This document shows, one piece after another, positions 59,654-64,000 of a stretch of 64,000 nt of DNA (its first letter is position 1; each line of letters begins with the position of its first letter). A program made the position numbers and the translations under genes. The stretch lies in the NCBI GenBank assembly GCA_965215125.1, contig OZ244052.1, forward strand, positions 2,156,707 to 2,220,706, read 5' to 3'. Under the pieces are notes generated by a model that was not told the DNA's origin, searched no databases, and worked only from the letters and a program-made list of their open reading frames with translations. This stretch comes from an uncultured candidatus Porisulfidus sp. GTDB lineage: Bacteria > Pseudomonadota > Gammaproteobacteria > Poriferisulfidales > Oxydemutatoraceae.

Positions 59654-60979
59654 CTATGTTATCAATGTGCCACGTAGCGAATTAGACATCGCTTGAGTAA
59701 TCTCGATGCGATGAATTTCTCCTACCAGTTCGGCATCTCCGTCGAAATTGACGACACGATTATTTTCGGTGCGACCACAGAGCTGGGTTTTACTTTTCTT
59801 AGAATAACCGCTCACCAAAACTTTCTGAATACTACCTACCATCGCGTCGGAAAACCCGCGCGCCATTTCATCGATACGCACTTGCAATTTCTTAAGGCGT
59901 GCTTTTTTAACTTCTACCGGCACCGTGTCTTGTAGATATGCGGCCGGCGTACCGGGACGCGCACTATATAAAAAACTAAATGATTGGTCATAGCCGACAT
60001 ATTCTATCAATTCCATCGTTTTTTCAAAGTCTTTTTCTTCTTCGCCCGGAAAACCTACGATAAAATCGGAAGATATGGAGATATTCGGACATGCGATTTT
60101 GAGCTTGCGGATGATGTTTTTGTATTCCAACACCGTATAGCCGCGCTTCATTGCCGCCAAAATACGATCCGAGCCGCTTTGTACGGGCAGATGGCAATGC
60201 GGCATCAGCTGAGGGATGTCGGCGTGTGCTTGTACCAATGCATCGTTGAATTCTATAGGATGTGAAGTGGTATATCTTATTCTTTCTACCTTGCCGAGGG
60301 CTGCGATGTAATATAACAATAACGCAAAATCAACCGTGCCTCTCTGCTCCTCTCGATAATAGCCGTTAACATTTTGCCCGAGCAAAGTAATCTCACGTAC
60401 ACCCTGCTCGGTCAACAGCTTGATTTCACTCAATATGTCGTCGAGCGGACGACTAATTTCTTTGCCTCGAGTATAAGGCACCACGCAAAAACTGCAATAC
60501 TTGTCGCATCCTTCCATGATAGAGACATAAGCACTAGGTCCTTCGACATGCGGTTTAACCAAGTTATCGAATTTCTCTATCTCGGGGAAACTGATATCTA
60601 TTATCGGTGCTTTGCTGCGTTTCGCTCGATTGATTAAGTCGGGTAAGCGATGGATTGTCTGAGGACCGAAGACGATATCAACTTGAGGGGCACGACGCGC
60701 CAGATGTTCTCCTTCCTGGCTTGCAACACAGCCTCCGACACCAATCAATACATTCGGCTTCGCTTCTTTAATCGCTCGCCAGCGACCTAGCTCGGAAAAT
60801 ACTTTTTCTTGTGCTTTTTCTCTCACCGAACATGTGTTCAGCAATAGTATATCGGCCTCTTCTCCGGTTTCGGCTTTGCAAAACCCGCCCGAGTGGTGTA
60901 ATAAATCATAAATTTTTGCAGAATCGTACTCGTTCATCTGGCACCCGTGCGTTTTGACGTATACTTTTTGCTTATTCAT
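59654..60979 (-). CDS. miaB: tRNA-i6A37 methylthiotransferase
   Basis: GCQMNEYDS, radical [15 protein letters not shown] domain. Confidence 0.97.
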   Translation of the reverse strand: MNKQKVYVKTHGCQMNEYDSAKIYDLLHHSGGFCKAETGEEADILLLNTCSVREKAQEKVFSELGRWRAIKEAKPNVLIGVGGCVASQEGEHLARRAPQVDIVFGPQTIHRLPDLINRAKRSKAPIIDISFPEIEKFDNLVKPHVEGPSAYVSIMEGCDKYCSFCVVPYTRGKEISRPLDDILSEIKLLTEQGVREITLLGQNVNGYYREEQRGTVDFALLLYYIAALGKVERIRYTTSHPIEFNDALVQAHADIPQLMPHCHLPVQSGSDRILAAMKRGYTVLEYKNIIRKLKIACPNISISSDFIVGFPGEEEKDFEKTMELIEYVGYDQSFSFLYSARPGTPAAYLQDTVPVEVKKARLKKLQVRIDEMARGFSDAMVGSIQKVLVSGYSKKSKTQLCGRTENNRVVNFDGDAELVGEIHRIEITQAMSNSLRGTLIT

Positions 60980-62846
60980 TAGTTTCTCCGGCAGTAGTGT
61001 TTGGTTTATAAGATGGTACCATGTCTGCGATTAATTTCTGAATTTTATTCAAATCTCTTTGCTCCACATACATGGATAAATCCGACAATGCAAGTGATAG
61101 TTGGTTCCAATCTTTGACAATTTCCGTAGTTTGCTTTATTTTAGGATGTTCGGTTGAGCGAATATCCGAGCTACTATAAAGTTGTTCTCTCAATTTTTCC
61201 CCGGGCCGCAAACCGGTATAGATAATCTCAATATCGCCTTTTCCGTTTTCCTTAACCTCCAAACCGCTTAGATGTACCATCCTCTTAGCCATATCCAATA
61301 TATTAATAGGTTCTCCCATATCCAATAAAAATATCTCTCCTTTGCTCCCCATAGCACCGGCCTGGATGACCAACTGCGCCGCTTCTTCTATCGTCATAAA
61401 ATAGCGTTCTGCGTCGGGGTTGGTTACATAAATCGCTTTGCGTTTGTTAATTTGCTCTTGAAATAGTGGTATAACCGACCCGGAGCTGCCCATCACATTT
61501 CCGAAACGTACCGCACATAAGCGCGTTTTGTCGCTATGGATAGCTAATGATTGTACTATCATTTCCGCCAACCGTTTGCTGGCCCCCATGATACTCACCG
61601 GTTGCACGGCTTTGTCGGTAGAAATCAATACCAAACAACCCGTTTTATGCCGTAATGCCGACTCGGCAATGATTTGCGTGCTCAAAACATTATTGGCAAT
61701 CCCGCTAATCATATTCTCTTCTACCAATGGTACATGCTTATAAGCTGCGACATGATAGATCACATCGATATGGTTTTGCGCTAATAAGCTGCCTATGAAG
61801 TATGAATTGCTTGCCGATTCCAAGAAAGATATTATGTTTATTTTGTCGGGTAGCTTTATATTTTGCAGGTGGTTTAGCAAACGAAATAACGCGTATTCCG
61901 ACTGCTCTACGACGAATAGTTTGTTGGGTTGCAAGCGTATGATTTGCTCGCATAACTGGCTTCCGATGGATCCTCCCGCACCTGTGACCAATACATTGTT
62001 AGCCTTTATATCTCGTTCCAACAAAGTTTGAATCGGTGGCACTCTATTCCGTTCCATTAAGTCCTCTATTTTTATAGGCTTAAGATCTTGCGCTCTAAAT
62101 CCGGAGCTCGGTGTGAACGGCAGTATCTTAACTTTAACCGGATACGAACTGAGTTTATTGAGTATTGCCACGCGCTCACCGAGTGTGTCGGGAGATAGGG
62201 CTACAAAAATATCCTTGACGCGATGCTTCGCCAGTTGTTTTTGCAAAGATTGCAATGGGTATGTACGTAATCCACCGACCTCTTGAGATTGCTTTTCCGT
62301 CCGCTCGTCGATGAAAAACAAAGGCCGGTAATCGGAATCTATACCCTTCCATAAAGTTGCTAGTTGTATACCGATTTTATTGGCACCGTAGATAGCAACC
62401 GGTATTTTTCTTTTTCTTTCTTTTAGTTCCCAGAATGAAATTAAATACATTGCGATACGGCTACCGAGTACCAAACTCAAAAGCACTAAACCGAAAATTG
62501 CAATTAAAGAGCGCGGCAACCCGGGAACCTTTAAGAAAAAGTAATTGATGGTCCAGATTAAAACGGAAACGGCACCCACCGCTGCGATAATGCGAATAAC
62601 GGCATCTAAAGAGACATGTCTGATAACCATTCGATATAAACCGAGTAAGTAAAAGACGAGCAATGTGAGCAAAGGCGTTAGTATGAATAACGGGAACCAT
62701 TTGCCGTCAATCTTAACCCATTCCTCCAAACGCATTAAGAATGCAATCTCTAAGGAAAATAAGCTGATTACGACATCCGAAGTGGCTAGAATAATCTTCT
62801 TAAAAATTCTAGGTAATTGGAGTAGTCTCTCTAATATATTATCCAT
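60972..62846 (-). CDS. Membrane-bound nucleotide-sugar 4,6-dehydratase (WbpM/CapD/PglF family)
   Basis: 4 N-terminal TM segments, [36 protein letters not shown]. Confidence 0.92.
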   Translation of the reverse strand: MDNILERLLQLPRIFKKIILATSDVVISLFSLEIAFLMRLEEWVKIDGKWFPLFILTPLLTLLVFYLLGLYRMVIRHVSLDAVIRIIAAVGAVSVLIWTINYFFLKVPGLPRSLIAIFGLVLLSLVLGSRIAMYLISFWELKERKRKIPVAIYGANKIGIQLATLWKGIDSDYRPLFFIDERTEKQSQEVGGLRTYPLQSLQKQLAKHRVKDIFVALSPDTLGERVAILNKLSSYPVKVKILPFTPSSGFRAQDLKPIKIEDLMERNRVPPIQTLLERDIKANNVLVTGAGGSIGSQLCEQIIRLQPNKLFVVEQSEYALFRLLNHLQNIKLPDKINIISFLESASNSYFIGSLLAQNHIDVIYHVAAYKHVPLVEENMISGIANNVLSTQIIAESALRHKTGCLVLISTDKAVQPVSIMGASKRLAEMIVQSLAIHSDKTRLCAVRFGNVMGSSGSVIPLFQEQINKRKAIYVTNPDAERYFMTIEEAAQLVIQAGAMGSKGEIFLLDMGEPINILDMAKRMVHLSGLEVKENGKGDIEIIYTGLRPGEKLREQLYSSSDIRSTEHPKIKQTTEIVKDWNQLSLALSDLSMYVEQRDLNKIQKLIADMVPSYKPNTTAGETNE

Positions 62847-62848
62847 TA

Positions 62849-63925
62849 TTACTCGTAGTGGGTATGTTCCGACGGAAACTTACGATGTGCTAATATAAGC
62901 AATACCGACAAAGGTGTCAACGAAATCAATGCATATAGCATCGCTTGTTCGGAATATCGCGTTGCCATATAAGCCCAAGGCGCCAACCACAGAAAGTTAA
63001 TTGCAACTACGATGAAAGATACCGTTTTGTGCGCATAAGCCCTCGCCTGCTCCGGTTCGGCATCTTTATTTTTTTGAAAATACAACGCAAGACGCTGATA
63101 GACATGCTGCCGGTGCGCTTTATAAAATTTTTGCTTATTAAATACGCGTAAGACGATTGTGATTGTCGCATCCATAAAAAATACGCCTAATAGAATCAGC
63201 CAAACCCAAACATTCATCGTTTGCTCTATCGAAGTTTGTACTGCAAACAATGCCACCACAAAACCTAAAAAGCTACTGCTTACATCCCCCATAAAAATTT
63301 TTGCCGGTGGCCAATTCCATACCAAAAAACCTGCAGTAGTAAAAGCAATTATAAGTAAAACCTCAACTTGATTGCGAGATGACTCGTAGTTTGGGGCCAA
63401 TAATAATAACGCCGATGCAATCAATATCACACTAATCGCCTCCAGCGATGCGATTGCATCTATACCGTCCATAAAGTTAAATAAATTGAGTATCCATAAT
63501 ATTGCCAAAACTTCGCACACAAATAGAATTAGAGAAGGCTGCATCGTCAAACCCATAAACGAAACCGACGGCATACCTATCTGTGCAACGCATAATACGG
63601 TAATCAATAAGGCTGCAAGAAAACGGGCAATAGGATTTAAGCTATAGATATCGTCGATAAATCCGATTAACGCAATGGCGATACCTCCGAATATCAAAGT
63701 TTGCATAAAGTCGGGATCAAGCGCGTCGTTGAATTCCGTCAAAGCAACGATTGAAAAAAAAGTTATTAAAATGGCGATGCCGCCCCCACGCGGCACCGGG
63801 GATAGGTGCGAACTTCTGCTATTCGGTAAATCCATAACGCGCCATGATAATAATATCCGATAGCATAAATAGGTCAATGCAAAAGAAGCAACAAAAGCCG
63901 ATATGTAAATCAAGTAAACGGACAC
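62849..63925 (-). CDS. Polyprenyl-phosphate HexNAc-1-P transferase (WbpL/WecA, MraY-like)
   Basis: RSSH..PVPRGGG, NLFNFMDGID, KIFMGD, AHRQH.YQ. Confidence 0.92.
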   Translation of the reverse strand: MSVYLIYISAFVASFALTYLCYRILLSWRVMDLPNSRSSHLSPVPRGGGIAILITFFSIVALTEFNDALDPDFMQTLIFGGIAIALIGFIDDIYSLNPIARFLAALLITVLCVAQIGMPSVSFMGLTMQPSLILFVCEVLAILWILNLFNFMDGIDAIASLEAISVILIASALLLLAPNYESSRNQVEVLLIIAFTTAGFLVWNWPPAKIFMGDVSSSFLGFVVALFAVQTSIEQTMNVWVWLILLGVFFMDATITIVLRVFNKQKFYKAHRQHVYQRLALYFQKNKDAEPEQARAYAHKTVSFIVVAINFLWLAPWAYMATRYSEQAMLYALISLTPLSVLLILAHRKFPSEHTHYE

Positions 63926-64000
63926 GATGGTTTATAAACTTCTACGGAAATAATACAACAAATGTTTTATTTTATTGCAAGTTTTCTTTCCCAAACTAGA

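Overview
A 64 kb stretch of a streamlined, moderately AT-rich gammaproteobacterial chromosome, assigned from the 16S sequence and gene order. It spans the replication terminus, marked by a canonical XerC/D dif site at 36847-36874. Most genes are housekeeping: ppiD-tRNAs-hupB-lon-clpX; rpsB-tsf through bamA to lpxA; ffh, mnmA, clpS/clpA, infA; fabD to holB; ypjD-yfjD-MMPL-fdhD; rubrerythrin-FeS-DUF3501; xseB-ispA-dxs; galU; and wbpL-wbpM-miaB through lnt-manC-leuS-lptE. Many usual operon neighbours are missing. Points of interest: (1) a stand-alone 16S rRNA gene with no ITS tRNA, 23S or 5S, about 15 kb from dif, carrying a compensatory A1405-U1496 pair in place of the near-universal decoding-site G1405-C1496; (2) an accessory islet around dif with a shredded DNA methyltransferase and a three-unit array of DUF1640/CCDC90-like membrane-anchored coiled-coil genes, whose middle unit is only a promoter plus anchor cassette; (3) a very Met-rich Lpp/OprI-like lipoprotein beside an L,D-transpeptidase; (4) an O-fucosyltransferase-like orphan where holA normally sits; (5) two mosaic REP/MITE patches sharing one hairpin family, one at the edge of an inferred 16 kb dif-spanning inversion. 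All calls are by eye, with no database searches.
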